This document shows, piece after piece, positions 22,934 through 36,036 of a stretch of 64,000 nt of DNA. The position numbers and the translations under genes were made by a program. Below the pieces are notes generated by a model, which was not told where the DNA came from, ran no database searches, and saw nothing but the letters and a program-made list of their open reading frames with translations. The DNA is from Fistulifera solaris (lineage: Eukaryota). The first letter of the stretch is position 1, and each line of letters opens with the position of its first letter. The DNA is taken from positions 434,001 to 498,000 of the forward strand of contig AP026142.1 of assembly GCA_030295235.1 (NCBI GenBank), read 5' to 3'.

Positions 22934-23746
22934 TCACTTGCAGCCTTGACCGCCTCCAGCGACGGCACGATAGTAACGATTATCACAGTAAGTCGGTCGG
23001 CTGCCACTGCTCGATGCGGCTTGCTCGGCCAGTTTCTCATCGTAGCGTAGCTGACTCAGCATGTCCGGATCGTACTGATCAAACATTGGTTTCGCCGAGT
23101 TCGCCACATTGAATGCAATGACGGATGCCAAACATAAGGCCGCCGTCGCCATGGTGAATTTCTTGAGACGCTCCACGACAGGTTTCACTTCGTTGGTATA
23201 CAAGAATCGGTCGCGCTGTAATTCGGTCGGAGTTTTCATCTCAATATCACCGTCATACCATCCCGTTTCTTCGTATTCAATCACTTTAGACGTTAATCTT
23301 TGGCCCAGGTAATCCCATCCGGAATAAAGACGAATCATGACGATCATGACTAGAAATATAGCTCCGACATTGGCGGCGGCCAGTTTTTGTACCAAATATC
23401 CTTCCTGTGTAAATGTGGCACCCGCAATCGGATAGCAGACAGCCGCAAATGCAATGGAATACAAGAGAACGAGACGTGTCAACAAGCCCTTGCTTCCGGA
23501 TTCTTTATTCGCCCAACCGAACATGGGTTGATTCGAAACATCCATGTATTCATTGACGGGTCGTTGTGCTTCGGGGACCGCTTCGGCCCCAAAACTGGTG
23601 TCAGGCAATAATTTTTCAAACTCTTCACTGTTTGTACTTTTGAGATGCGAGATTGTCGGCCTTCTAGTCGGCATTTGAAATCCGGAACTAATGTTGATGC
23701 CAAAAAGCACCACCAGAATGCAAAACGTCGGCCAAAATTTCGTCAT
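22934..23746 (-). CDS. CGLD27: CGLD27/Ycf36-like (DUF1230) plastid membrane protein
   Basis: VPEAQRPVNEY, RLYSGWDY and YEETGWYDG motifs; signal peptide ending SSG-FQM. Confidence 0.85.
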   Translation of the reverse strand: MTKFWPTFCILVVLFGINISSGFQMPTRRPTISHLKSTNSEEFEKLLPDTSFGAEAVPEAQRPVNEYMDVSNQPMFGWANKESGSKGLLTRLVLLYSIAFAAVCYPIAGATFTQEGYLVQKLAAANVGAIFLVMIVMIRLYSGWDYLGQRLTSKVIEYEETGWYDGDIEMKTPTELQRDRFLYTNEVKPVVERLKKFTMATAALCLASVIAFNVANSAKPMFDQYDPDMLSQLRYDEKLAEQAASSSGSRPTYCDNRYYRAVAGGGQGCK

Positions 23747-24230
23747 GTTGATTGAGATTACAAATGATTCGAAAAGGGACCGCGAAGACAGACTGTTTCG
23801 ATGAATTCTTCTAGTAATTAAGAGCTCAATGGTGAAAGAAAGCGCAGATCGATCTTCTTTTCACTTGAAACAATAATCAAACCACATCGCTTCTTTTGTT
23901 TCGAAATGCATCAAAATGGAACAGAAAAAAAATAAGGACGACAACGGCAACGAGAAAGCAACGAAGGGTGTTTTTACACTCCAATTTTGTGTACTTCGGA
24001 AGCTGCGTCAGCCTGTTGCAGAGTCTGGAGCATGCTGCGCCCGTGTTGAACCGGTCCGACATGGTTTCGGATTTTCAACCAGACGGACTTTTTCCAATAA
24101 TGATATGCCAGAGGATCTAGGATACTTGTACGTACACCACGTCATTCTTGAATGACAATGAACTACAAACCTTCTAAAACGGTCTAGTTTCGTGTCATAG
24201 CTCTAGGGAGCTACTTTATTTGTCTTTCTC

Positions 24231-25231
24231 TTAAGCAAGTGGCTTACCATCGGCACCTAGTAAGCCACCACCGACTCGATTCTTTTCCAGTTTCTTTCCA
24301 TCCGCTCCCAGCAATGTGGGCCCTCCACCAATTCCGGCAGACATGACTTCGAGTAATTGAATTTTGAAAAATAAGGTGGAACCTCCGGGAATACGCCCAT
24401 CGGGAGTTCCCATTTCCCCGTATCCTTGTTCTGGAGGAATACCCATCATCGCGGTTTCCCCCTGGTGCATTTTCAACACACCATCCCGCCAACCGGGGAT
24501 AACGCCCGCCAAAGGAAACACGACAGGATCACCCGTTAATGTGGTATCAAAGATTGTTCCGTCGGCCAAGGTACCGTGATAATGGATCTTCACTGTACTG
24601 GATTTAGTGGGACGAATGCCGTTTCCTTTTCCTTCCGGGCCATATTCAAAGACATGCAAAACGACGCCCGAGTCTAATACTTCAACTCCTTCTGTTTTCT
24701 TCATTTCTTCTAACATTTCTCGGCCGGCACTTTCCATTCTCTCCTTAATAGCGTTACTGTGGAGGCCAAACATGGAGCAAGAACATCCGGCATTAGACGA
24801 CGACGACGACGACGACGTTAAAACTATGACCAACCATCCGAAAATTTCACTCACGCTCGTTGTGTAATTAGATCATTGAGTTCTCCCCCGCGACGCTGCA
24901 ACAATTCACGCTGTCCTTCGTCCGCCAACCGTCCAATTACCGTATCCAACAATCCCTTGGCTACACAAGTCAACTCGGCACTATTCTCCACCAAGGGTCG
25001 AACATCCCCCAGCTGTCTTGCTAAATTGACGCCCAACGCATACACCAGCTCTTCGTGCGAGCCTGCTTCGTATGGAGACTTATCAATGTTAGCGACCATT
25101 TCGGTGGTCGACGACTCTTCTGCTAAACACAGACGATGCTCTTTTCGTGTCGACAAGTTGACATTGAACGCATGCGTGGCAGCAGGCAAAGCCGCACATA
25201 TTAGTATTAGGGACAACTGAGAGAATAGCAT
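24231..25231 (-). CDS. FKBP-type peptidyl-prolyl isomerase (FkpA-like), plastid-targeted, 2 exons
   Basis: Presequence THA-FNV, then YALGVNLA, VKIHYHGTLADGTIFD, VIPGWRDG, IPPEQGYG and IPGGSTLFF. Intron 24757-24854. Confidence 0.9.
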
Positions 25232-25542
25232 GACAAAAAGTGGATTGAAATCCTTGTTGGATGCGAACACTGTCTCGATTGCAAAAACTATCAAAAATTG
25301 TGCGGTGCTCGCTTTTCTATTATCCTTCGATTTTTGCCGACGGACACCCTGTTAGTACCGGTGTGAGCTTGAAAACGGTTTTACTATGGACAAATGTGTA
25401 AACTGGTTTCAGTCATGAATGACTTTACTCTTTTCTACTGTTGTTAGAAGTACATCGCTATTAGCAGAATATATCTACAATTAAATTTTGGATCTGCGGA
25501 CCGAACAATAGAAAGGACTGCCCAAGCGCAATGGCTGCGATA

Positions 25543-27227
25543 TCACGGTTCCATGATCTCTTGCAGCCATGATTCAACTAACTGAGCGACTTGAGAATGC
25601 ACTAGCTGGACATCAGGCGTATCTTCTTGGAGCTGATGTGTCAGATCCGAGTGGTGTGCGCCGTTTTCCATTGTCAACACGAAAACGTCCGCAAACGATT
25701 CTGGATAAGAGGTAGGATACCATCCATCGTTCTTTCCGTTCGTCAAAACCAGCCGCGTCGTGTTTGTCAAGTCCGATAATGCAAATTCTTTTTCCATGTA
25801 GTCGGGATCCATTAAAATATCAAAATTGTTTCGGCAGTAGTCAGCGTCTTCTTCTAGAATGTATGGATGCGGAGGCCACATGCTCTCCTCCGATTTGCCG
25901 ATCATGGGCACCAGATAACAACACAGCGCACCCCACAAGTCATCGTCGTCATCGTCATCGGTTGCAGAACTCATCGAGTGACACTCACTTGAGCCGGAAA
26001 TCATTTCAATATATTCCTTTATGCGCTCTGCGACCGATTTTTGCGTGTTTTCAAAAATCGAGCATCCCTGAAAGAATTGCCGTTCGGGATCGGGTGGGTA
26101 GTAGTCCATCAACGTGTTTCCAAAGTTGGACGATGTGTAGCTAATAATCTCCCGAGCAACGTCTGCACCCAGCACGTCTTTGCTGAGATCCGGACAAATA
26201 CCATAATTTGTCACTTTCGCTGTGAGTTCTCCATGATGAGTAATCGGTTCGAGATCTGCTTGCACTTGGGCTACAACGGTTCGCACGGCATCGGAGCAAC
26301 CTTGTGACACTCGATCCGCTACTTGAGTAATATAATCATAATACGCATAAGGACTACTGGCATGCTGAAAAGGAAGAGACAAGGAGAAGCAGCGTAGGCC
26401 ATATCAATCATGTCCGGATACGATTTGCGCAAGAGAACCGACAAAAGACCAGCATACGATCCTCCGACTGACATGACTGGACAGTAGGTTGCTGAGCCAC
26501 GAGGTCCACAGCCCAGCTCCTCTCTTTTGAATTGAAAAAAATATAGATAGTCTTGTACGGCCTGTCTGGGTGTAAGTTGTTGTCGAATGTCCTGGGTAGT
26601 GAAATTTTGAACCGGAAAAGACTCGCCAAAATATCTACAAAGATCGGAGAAAAGAAGAGCATTAGCACGGTCTTCTTTACTCAAATTCACAGCTCAAGCA
26701 TAAGGTACGCACCGGTGTTCAGGATTGAAGGTGGCGGCACCAAATCGTTCCGCCAAAACTTCCGAGACGAAAGGATAGAGGATTCGTTCCAGGGGCCCTT
26801 CTCCTCCCAAAATGAGGAAAATAGGATAACCCGGACCTTTCCAGTAGTTTAGATTCTCATAATATCGCTGTCGGAATGTGCCTGACGTATCGGGATGGTC
26901 GTGATCGATGAGTTGTTGCGTAAAATACTTGGTTTGATCGATAGGATTCGTCGCGGATACCAGTTCGACGGTGGCAGTTGGTTGAAGCACGGTAGAATCA
27001 GTGGCGGTGTCGGTAAACGCAAAGAGCAACGCTAAAAATGCCCAACAAAAGCCCATTCCTATTGACAACGTTATCCCATGCGTACCGTTGGAAGAACTTT
27101 CGAAGCATGACCCCACGGATGACGAATCCGATGAAAACGCCGAAGAAGAGTCGTAGCTCTTTTCGTCATCTTCTTGGACGTCACTGCACCACAAATCCGA
27201 AAGAATACTTCCGTACGTTGATTTCAT
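25543..27227 (-). CDS. Serine peptidase S28 family (PRCP/DPP7-like) with N-terminal anchor; frameshift near 26370
   Basis: FRQRYY, IFLILGGEGP, EHR/YFGES (intron 26635-26712), GGSYAG nucleophile, NGKNDGW and GAHHSDL. Confidence 0.82.
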
Positions 27228-27569
27228 GGGTATAGGGAATGGAGAAGAAGGACACAGCAGTGACTATTGCGGTATCATCGGGCTTCAAAATGTCAATACT
27301 AAAGCGAAGAAAATCCAACGCCGTCGAAAAATACATCATCAATAGCAGCGGTGTAGCTTCACTCAATTAGGGTGTCGGTTAAGAATTAGCAGTAGCTATG
27401 CGAACCAGCAAGCAAATATAGAATGCCATTCTCTTTTGCTAAGACACTCCTAAAAGATTGTCTAATTTTTATTATTTCAAGAAATTAGTGCGTGAAGACA
27501 GCTTGATACTTTAAAACTTTAATGGCATTCGCGATTTAGACACAATCATCTTAGTTCATGATGCGTGAC

Positions 27570-27935
27570 TGTCATCGTCCTCTTCCGACTCGCTGCTCTC
27601 ATTTTGCGCCTCTTTTATCGTTGCTCAACGTAACCATCGATCGATAAGCGCGATATTTGTCACCTCTTAATTCGTCGTACCTGTCCTCATATCGATCTCC
27701 CCCCTTCAAAAAGACGACACGTATCCGCGATGCGATCATTGATCCTCTGTTTTCTTGGTACCCAGACATCCGAGATCCCGTAAACGAAAGACTTCCGAAA
27801 CCGAATCATGAGAGATGATATGGTAACAAAGGTCAGTACAGTCGTGCAGGTCGCCACTTCCGTAATGTTGTCCGCTCTTTGAGGCAGCATTGCGATTTCT
27901 TGTTCGACATCCAACTCACCAGTATTGATGGGTAC
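27570..27935 (-). pseudogene. 3' fragment of the paralogue family (partial duplicate of the copy A C-terminus)
   Basis: Encodes ELDVEQEIAML and ISDVWVPRKQRINDRIADTCRLFEG. Nucleotides 27672-27741 closely match 28141-28210. Confidence 0.75.
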
Positions 27936-28001
27936 GATTACTGTATGTTAGCAAAACAAGCGCCACGGCAACATAGCGAACCTTGAAAGGACTACCAGGT
28001 A

Positions 28002-29498
28002 TCATCTTTCTTCATGATGATTGATGACGCTGCTACTGGCATCGCTATCCTCTCTTCCAGCATGCTGTTCGTCTCCACCTCTCCTTAAGTCGTTAAATGT
28101 AGTTACGGAAAGAAACTCAAGATATTCAGCACCGCTGAATTCGTCGTATCTGTCCTCATATCGATCTTCCTCTTCAAAGAGAAGACATGTATCCGCGATG
28201 CGTTCATTGAGTGACTGTTTTCGTGCCGTCAAGACATCCGAGACTCGTAGATTAGTCCATGAGCGGAACACTTCTGAAACGGAACCAAGGAGAGAAGCTT
28301 TCACACTGGGCTTGCCCAGCGCGTCCGTAGAGGTCGTACGACTCGTTGGAAAGGCCGCCGCTTTAGCCATACTTTCCACTACGTGGAACAGCATCGAAAT
28401 TTCTTCGTCGATAGCCAGCTCATCCAGTATTAATGGGTACACTTGTTGAATAAAAGGAACAGAGGAAAGTTCCGGACGAAATTTGCCGGCTTTAACGATG
28501 ACACAATCAGGGTATGCTCTCAACAAAAGAACTGCTATTTCTTGAACCAGCGGTCGGTTGCAACGATTTGCTAGCATGTGTACTGGTAGGTATCCGTGGC
28601 CTTGCACTTGTTGGCGAATTAAACTTGGGTGTTCGGCTATAAGAAAGCGGCATATCTTGGCGACATTGGGCGTGCATCTGGTGGGAACCCCGGCGTCGAC
28701 AGCATTGCCGAGATGGCGCGCAATTTCGAGATTGAGCTGACGCACAGCTAGTGTAGAGCAAACCTTATGCAACACAGTATACCCCCGGTTGTTTCTGTGA
28801 TAGACTGCTTCGGGGTATTGTTGAGCCATCCAGATGAAGGTGTCCGCATCTGGCACTCCAGCTCCGGACATGCTTATCGTTAGTGGGAAGCCGCCCATGA
28901 ACGCTTCGCTGTCTTTTTCTCGAAGTCCTTGAGGGTATAATTCGTAAAACCGTCGGACAGTTTCATTGGATATTTGTTGACTGGCGTAGAACCGCATCAT
29001 CTTCAAATGAGGTTTCTTTGTTCGGCATAGTTTGTGCTCAAACACCCAGGGGTAGCGCTCCATAATCCAGGGAAACAGCTCGCAGCTCCAAGCAAAATTC
29101 CCTATCAGTTGGATAGGAGTAAGTTTGGGTCCGAGACTGTTTCCACGCCGCTCCCAGAGAAGTGCGTGCGGACTTACTTCAATGAGATACTTGGTAATAT
29201 CGGGGCCTGCGTAATTGAACTTTTCGCAAACAACATCTAATAGCGAGCGCATGTCCCCTTTTTCGTAGGGTGACATAGTCCGAGCAAAGATAGAATGAGC
29301 CGAGACTTCTTCTCTAACGTGTTGAATCCAAGAAACAGCAGCAGCTTCCGCGGTGTCGACACCCGCGCGTTCGACCTCCGCCTCATTGAAGAAAATGTCG
29401 TAACTTTCTTCAAACAGTGCCATAAACTTCATCTGCAACTCCGGGTCCAACGCCGAGACTAAGACGGGCTCAAACGAATCCGGTGTATTGTTTGCCAT
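28002..29498 (-). CDS. Ankyrin-like family protein, copy A (intact)
   Basis: Open frame with the family motifs SPHALLW, YPWVFEH, FYELYPQGL, PDADTFIWMA and GYLPVHMLANRCNRPLVQE, plus an acidic tail. Confidence 0.8.
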   Translation of the reverse strand: MANNTPDSFEPVLVSALDPELQMKFMALFEESYDIFFNEAEVERAGVDTAEAAAVSWIQHVREEVSAHSIFARTMSPYEKGDMRSLLDVVCEKFNYAGPDITKYLIEVSPHALLWERRGNSLGPKLTPIQLIGNFAWSCELFPWIMERYPWVFEHKLCRTKKPHLKMMRFYASQQISNETVRRFYELYPQGLREKDSEAFMGGFPLTISMSGAGVPDADTFIWMAQQYPEAVYHRNNRGYTVLHKVCSTLAVRQLNLEIARHLGNAVDAGVPTRCTPNVAKICRFLIAEHPSLIRQQVQGHGYLPVHMLANRCNRPLVQEIAVLLLRAYPDCVIVKAGKFRPELSSVPFIQQVYPLILDELAIDEEISMLFHVVESMAKAAAFPTSRTTSTDALGKPSVKASLLGSVSEVFRSWTNLRVSDVLTARKQSLNERIADTCLLFEEEDRYEDRYDEFSGAEYLEFLSVTTFNDLRRGGDEQHAGREDSDASSSVINHHEER

Positions 29499-29920
29499 AC
29501 TGAATCTAGAGTGTATGGTGTATGTTATTTTTGATAACAGCAAGACGACGGCGATGATGAGATATACGGATAGTTTCAAAATTCTTTTTGCGATGCAACA
29601 AAAACGTCGTGTGAACCATTAAGGTTCACGTTCGATGGGATTTGATGACGCGAGACGCGAGTGACACAATGAACTAAGCTAACTATAGTGAATTAGCATC
29701 TGTAGGCCTATAGCCAAAAGTGGTTCAGTATCATCATTATCTTACCGAGTACGGAGTATATCTTATCTCTTATGCGTTAGCCGAAAAATATAGCCCCTAA
29801 CAAAACTCTCCTTCTTGATGGCAAAACAATGCTTAACATTTTGGGCTTGGTGCATCCCAGGCTTCCGTACTCGTTAGTAAATTACGCAGTTCAGGCATGA
29901 AAATACTGACGCTATCCAAG

Positions 29921-31366
29921 CTAAGCTCCCCCATAGTTCTCCTCTTCCGAACGGCTACTCGTAGAAAAATTTCCAAAATCGTCCATGTGTGGGTTGAACA
30001 CACGTTCTACGCTTCTTTCAAAATCTTCGTATAAGTCATTCTCGCGATCTTCCGCTTCAAAAATCCGACAGATACCCGCGATGCGCTCATGGATACGCTG
30101 CTTTCGACATTTTAAGACATCCGAGATTCACGATCCAGCCCATGAGCAAAAGATTTCCGCAACGGTACCAAAAAGGGAATGCGTGACAGCCGAGCCAGTC
30201 GGAGCCTCGATAGACATCATCTGAGGTGCTGATAAGACAGCCGCTCCTGGTAGATTGTCTGCGATTAGGGACAACATTAAAATCTCTTCGTCGATTTCCG
30301 TCTCGTTCAGAATCAGAGGGTGCAAGTTTTGAATGAACGGAACTGTACAAAGTGCGGGACGAGATTCTCCCGCCTTCACGCTGACACAGTCAGGGTACGC
30401 TCTCAACAAAAGAACAACTATTTCCTGAACCAGTGGTCGGTTGCAACGATGTGCCAGCATATGAATCGGTAAGTATCCACGATCCTTTACTTGCTCGCGG
30501 GTTAGATCAGGATGGGCAGTAATGAGGATACGGCAAATTTTTGCCAATGTAAGTGCGCGTTGGCTGGACGTTTCCGTACGGTCTTTCCCCATAAATTCAA
30601 AATTCTTTTCTTCTCTTTCACCAAGCCTCAGGCATATTTCATGCAAAATAGTATATCCGCGGTCGATTTTCAAATACACAACGTCTGGGTACTGTTCGGC
30701 CATCCAGATGAAGAGATCCGGGTCGGGTAGTTCCGGTCCAGCTATGCTTATTGACAGAGGGTAGCCGCCCCGTATCCGACACGGTGATCTATCCTTCTCT
30801 TGAAGTCCATGTGGGTATAATTCGTAAAATTTCCACACGGTTTCTGTCGAACAGTGGCCCTCGGCGTAACAACGCATCATGTTCAAGTGTGATGGATTCT
30901 TTCGACATACTTTGTGCTCAAACACCCATACGTAGCGCTCAGCGATCCATAGAAGCAAGTCGCAAGTCTCAGGATAGTTTCCAATCAAATGAATTGGTGC
31001 ACGTTTTCCTGGGCCGCTCCTGTAGCGCCGTTTCCAGAGCAGTGCAGGCGGATTGGCTTCAATGAGCAGCTTGGTACTGGTGTTATGTCGGTCATGCTGG
31101 TCAATCATTTCGCAGGACACATCGAGTAATGACCACATTTTCTTTTTGGTGTTGACGACTCGAGCGAGAATCGGATCCTTACCAAGAGCATCCTTCAAAC
31201 GTTCATAGAACGAACTCGCTGTAGCTTCTAAACCCAAAAGTCGAGCTTCATGTCCAGAGAAAAGATTGTAGCCCTCCCAAAACAAGGAAGTAAACGTTTC
31301 ATGCAGCTCCGGTGTGAGTTCGGTATCTAACACTGGCTTGAATGACTCGGGTATCTCGTATGCCAT
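29921..31366 (-). pseudogene. Ankyrin-like family copy B, with in-frame TGA at 30128-30130
   Basis: Starts MAYEIPES. SWAGS*ISDVL aligns with SWxNLRISDVL of the other copies, and the frame continues to TAG at 29921. Confidence 0.7.
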
Positions 31367-31462
31367 GATGACTTTTGTTTCAAGTAAAGAAAAAATGGAC
31401 TTTTGTTCTTGTTCCATTTTGATGGGTCAACAAAATAGCGCAGACGCGCACACGATGACAAT

Positions 31463-31482
31463 TATACGGAGTACTCCGTATA
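31463..31482. repeat. Perfect 20-bp palindrome TATACGGAGTACTCCGTATA upstream of copy B
   Basis: Self reverse-complementary; built from two overlapping TACGGAGTA/TACTCCGTA motifs. Confidence 0.85.
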
Positions 31483-31969
31483 CAATAATACCTGGTACGT
31501 AATAATGTCGTGACGAAAAATGTCGATGATTGAGATGATGCCGCATGTCTGCCGCAAAAGCTTGCAGAGGGTTAGGGTTACTACTAAGTATGTTCAATAC
31601 CAGCAATAAAACCTTATATTATAGCCTTATAGCGACAACGAAGGTGACAACAACTAGACCAACTCCCTCCGCGCAGATAGTAGCTTGCGACCAAAGGACA
31701 GATCATTCGAATAAATTGAAAGAGTTTTTAGCAATATGTATGGAGTAAACTTTTTAGACGTTCTCCGATCCATATAATTAGAGCTCCATCGTGACACGTG
31801 ACTGGTATCGCCTTCGGAAAAACAGATTGAAAAGAAATCATCATGTTCGTTTGCGTCCCGCTTCAGGCTCAAGTGCAAACTCAAGAACTTTTTGCTTTCG
31901 GCCGGCGGTGCAAGTATCGACTTCGTTATAAGCGTCGTCTCGTTCACCGACGATTTCGAAAGCGCAATC

Positions 31970-33639
31970 TTAATTCCAGTTCTCTTCTTGTACGATTTCG
32001 TCGATTACGTCGCTGTTCCTTCTATTTATTGTTTCAGATTCCCAACCAGCATTCTCGTTGTGAATGCCGGCGGCCTTTTCGTAGACATTCTCCAGCGTTA
32101 TATCGTCACTCCTCACTTCTTCCCCGGGTTCGTCAAAATGCTCATCTACTTGTTCTTCAATGCCATCGGCAACATCGTCGATATCTGTTTCTGAGAATTC
32201 ATCAGGAACTAGATTATCTCCTGGAGGGTACTCTTCATCCCTGTCGCCCCCGTCTCCAAAATCATTGTTGAGGTTTTCGTCGCGGTCTACGTTGTCATCT
32301 TCTTCCCCGATTTCGTTACATGCATTATCGTCCTCTTCGTCCCAATCCACAAGTTCCGCTATTTCGTCAGAAACATCCATGATATTGCAAAAACTTTTAA
32401 TGAAACTTTGTAATACTTGTTTCGCTGGGATTAAATCACCGGAGATTCTCAGCTCTACCCAGCAACGGAAGACTTCAGAAACGGAGTCAAATAGACAAGA
32501 TTGCAAACCTTTGACAGGGGCAGTCGATGTTCCGAGATTCTTTGCTGGCAGATCCGTTGCATCTACCATGCTTTGAGAGCATTGTACTAGCAACGCAATC
32601 TCTTCTTCAATCGCTAACTCTGCCAGAATGAGCGGATGGACGCGTTGGATGAATCGGACACGGGAAAGCTCGGAATACACATTGCCCGCCTTTACTTGCA
32701 CGCACTCGGGGTAGGCTTTCAGTAAGAGAATTACCATTTGCTGTACAATCGGTCGATTGCAACGGTGGGCTAACATGTGAATTGGCAAGTAACCGTTGTC
32801 GTCTTTTTGGCGGATCAACTGAGGATGCTTAGAAATAAGGAAACGGCATAGCTTTGCCATGTTTGGCGAACATTTAAAGGGTTTAGGAAAAGCTGGATGC
32901 GTGTCTCTTTTCTCAGAAAATGAGGCGCAAACTTCGTGAAGGAAAGTGAAGTTTTCACCGTAATGGCTGTACACTGCCTTAGGATACTGCTCTGCCATCC
33001 AGATAAACAGATCGGCATCTGGGCGCTATGAGACAGACCAATCGGCCCTCTTCGTCTTTCTCGGCAAGCCCTTCTGGGTACAACTTATAGAATTTTTGTA
33101 TCTCTTCTATATGCTCCAAGCAACAACCCAAGTCGTGACAGAGCATTTTACCATTGTTAGATGAGGGAATATTGTTGACATAACTCGTGCTTGAATATCC
33201 ACGGGTAGTGCTCCACAATCCAGGGGAACAGCACATCATTATCGGAGTGCCCCGATAGCATGTAAATGGGACCGCGGTAGCCTTTAGGATCAGTATCGAC
33301 CCATAGCAGCGCATGGGGATTGGCTTCGATGAGAAACTTGATTGCTTTGTGACATAAGTAGGAAGCGCTGTCGCACACAATTTTTAGCAGTGTCCACTTG
33401 CGACCATCTTTCTCATAAACAGTCTGAGCAAGAATATTTGCCGAGACAGATTCCTTGATGTGCTGATACAAACGCTCGGCGGCGGATTCTTCGTCGTCGA
33501 ATTCGTCATGCTGGCAATAACCGGCGCAGACTTCATCGTACAAGACGCATGAAACTCACCGTGCAATTCTGCTGGCAATAAATCTGTACAGAGTATACAG
33601 AACTGCTGGCTCCGACTCTTCGGGTATTTCGTATGACAT
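31970..33639 (-). pseudogene. Ankyrin-like family copy C, several frameshifts and deletions in the 5' half
   Basis: Starts MSYEIPEE. Motifs are spread over several frames (ORFs 33157-33543, 32979-33380, 31970-32998), and the GYPL block is deleted. Confidence 0.75.
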
Positions 33640-34684
33640 TATGGTTTTAGTTTTGAATGATTGACTAAAGAGGATGAATTTCAAAACTTGAGAGACGACG
33701 AACAATGCGAACGATACGATAGGATAACAAAATGCCGCGTAAAAGGTTACCTTCGGTAATAAAGGTTACCAGTACGAGATATATTAACTGATGTAATGCA
33801 ACGCGGCTTGACTGTGAACTTTCAGTCCCGGAGGCTAAAGTGGCAACTTTCTCACTAAGGTTTATAATCATTCCGCTTCTTCACATCTTTCCCTTCACAG
33901 CTACGGCATGACTACACAAAAACAAAAGAGGACGGCAGTCAAGGTCAAAAAGGGTTGCCTTAAGAAAACTAAAACTTACTTATTAGACTTTTTATTAGGG
34001 TCTCTACCTCGCGAATATCTCGCGAATATTTCATCGCTTTCCTTTCCACCCCCGACTATTTTTGTGTTTAAACACACTGCGGTGTGAATCTTGTCATTAT
34101 AGCTTTCGCTAGAAACAATGCTGTCTCTGTCACTTCGAGCCGTTTTAAGCGCTTCCTACTTCCATGACACGACAAGATCACTCCGGTTTATCTTGAATCC
34201 ATCGTGACGTCTCGTGACTGCCATCGCCTTCGGAGAAACAGAAGAAGGATCTATATCACCGTTTTCGTTTGAGTCCACATTCAAATGTAAACATACAAAC
34301 TTGATTCCGACCGCCGATATCGACTTCTCTGAGAGCATTTCCTCCTTCATTAGCACGAGCTACATTCCAGATGTTTTCTTGTGCGATTTCGTCAAGTCTG
34401 TCGTTATCTCTATTTAATGGTTCTGGCGCATGATCTTCGCTCCTGTCCTCTCCCGCCTCGGCATTGTTAGGAATGTCATCGATCTCAGAGTTGGCATCAT
34501 CTTGGTTGTTGCCGTGCGAGGCATCGTTTATCGGCCGGAGGACTATCTCCATCCAAGACTCTGTCAGTCCCTAGTCCTGACGTAGCAACACCGGAAGACA
34601 CAATGAATGACTTCCTCAATAGGATCGTAGAATAACGAGCTCTCCATGAGCTCACTCTTCATGTAAACGACTATTGCGTAGCAA

Positions 34685-36036
34685 TTAGAGTCTTCCCCCG
34701 ATATCGTTGTCCTCCCCAATCGAGCTGTCTTCTTCGAAATCTTCGTCTGAATCGTCGTCCCCTTCGAAAAAAAGACCCAAAAGTGCGAACCAGTCTTGAA
34801 CTCTTTGTTTCTCAGTTGATAAATCGGTGACTCTAAGGTTCGCCCAAGAACGATACACTTCTGAAAGGGACCCAAAGAGTGAAGATTCTATTGCGGAATG
34901 GGCTGCTGCAGCTGAGGAAGAAGAGTCGTGCTTTGACGGCATGATTGCTGCTTCGGATAAGTTGTGCGATATGTGTGTAAGAGAGGCAATTTCTTCTTCT
35001 ATTGCCAGTTCTTCAAGAATATTTAGATGCACCAGCCGAACGAACAGAATGGATAAAAGTGTGGGATATTCCAATACGTACACGGGGTGAGCTTTCAGCA
35101 AAAGAACCACGATTTGCTGCACAAGTGGCCGGTTGCAATGATGCGCCAACCTGTGAATTGGAAAAAATCCGTCGTCATCCTTGTGCCGGATGAGATGAGG
35201 ATACTTAGAAATGAGGTGGCGACAAATTTTGGCCGTGTCAGGACAGCATTTATTGGTTTTTGGAACGCGTGTATCTTCTTTTTCGGTAAGTAGGGAACAC
35301 GCCTGATGCAGCATGTTGCAACCTCCAGGTAAAATGTCGTGTACAGCTTCGGGGTATCGTTCTGCCATCCAAATAAATATTTCCGCATCGGGTTCCCTCC
35401 AACCCAGCATTGTCACCGAAAGCGGGTAGCCGAAGCGGTTTGCTTCGTCTTTTTCACCGAGTCCTTGCGGGTACAACTCATAGAACTCTTTACGAGCCTC
35501 AACGTTTTCCAGAGTACACATGTCATTGAAGATACCGTGCACCATCTTTAGGTGGGGCGGAACCTTTGGCTCATTTCACTTTGAAAAATCCATGGAAAGC
35601 GCTCAACAATCCATGGAAGCAACACACTGTGCCAGGTATCCTCCGCAATCATATAAATGGGTGCACCTTGGTGATACGTGTAGGGATCACCATTTGACCA
35701 CAGTAGGGCATGAGGATTTGTCTCGATCACGAGCTGGATTGTTTTGCAGCACTCGCCAAGTGTCTCATCAATAAGAGTTTTCAAAAGCGACTGCGCGTCT
35801 GTTTTGACAATCGTTCGGGCAAGAATAGGATGGGCTGATACCTCTTCCTGTATGCTGTGATGCAAGCGGTCAGCAGCCATTTCTAGAGATTCTACAGATT
35901 CTTCTTCTTCGCCACCTTGAATGATCATTTTAAAGTCGAATACTTCTTTCAGCAACGCATGAAACTTGTTACGCAACTCCGGTGACAAATCCGTATCTGA
36001 CACTGGTTTGACAAGCTCGGTTGATTCGTTTGACAT
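34685..36036 (-). CDS. Ankyrin-like family copy D, one frameshift near 35555
   Basis: ORFs 35548-36036 and 34685-35545 together give the whole family motif series. Confidence 0.7.

Noticed and set aside
29499..29579. Signal-peptide-like extension on copy A (MKLSVYLIIAVVLLLS)
   Set aside because: It begins at TTG upstream of the family-consensus Met and is absent from the other copies.
30128..30130. TGA recoding (Sec/Trp) or an alternative genetic code
   Set aside because: The stop aligns to Arg in the paralogues, TGA terminates normal genes here, and no SECIS is evident.
31568..31580. Telomere-like AGGGTTAGGGTTA
   Set aside because: Only about two units; compatible with chance.
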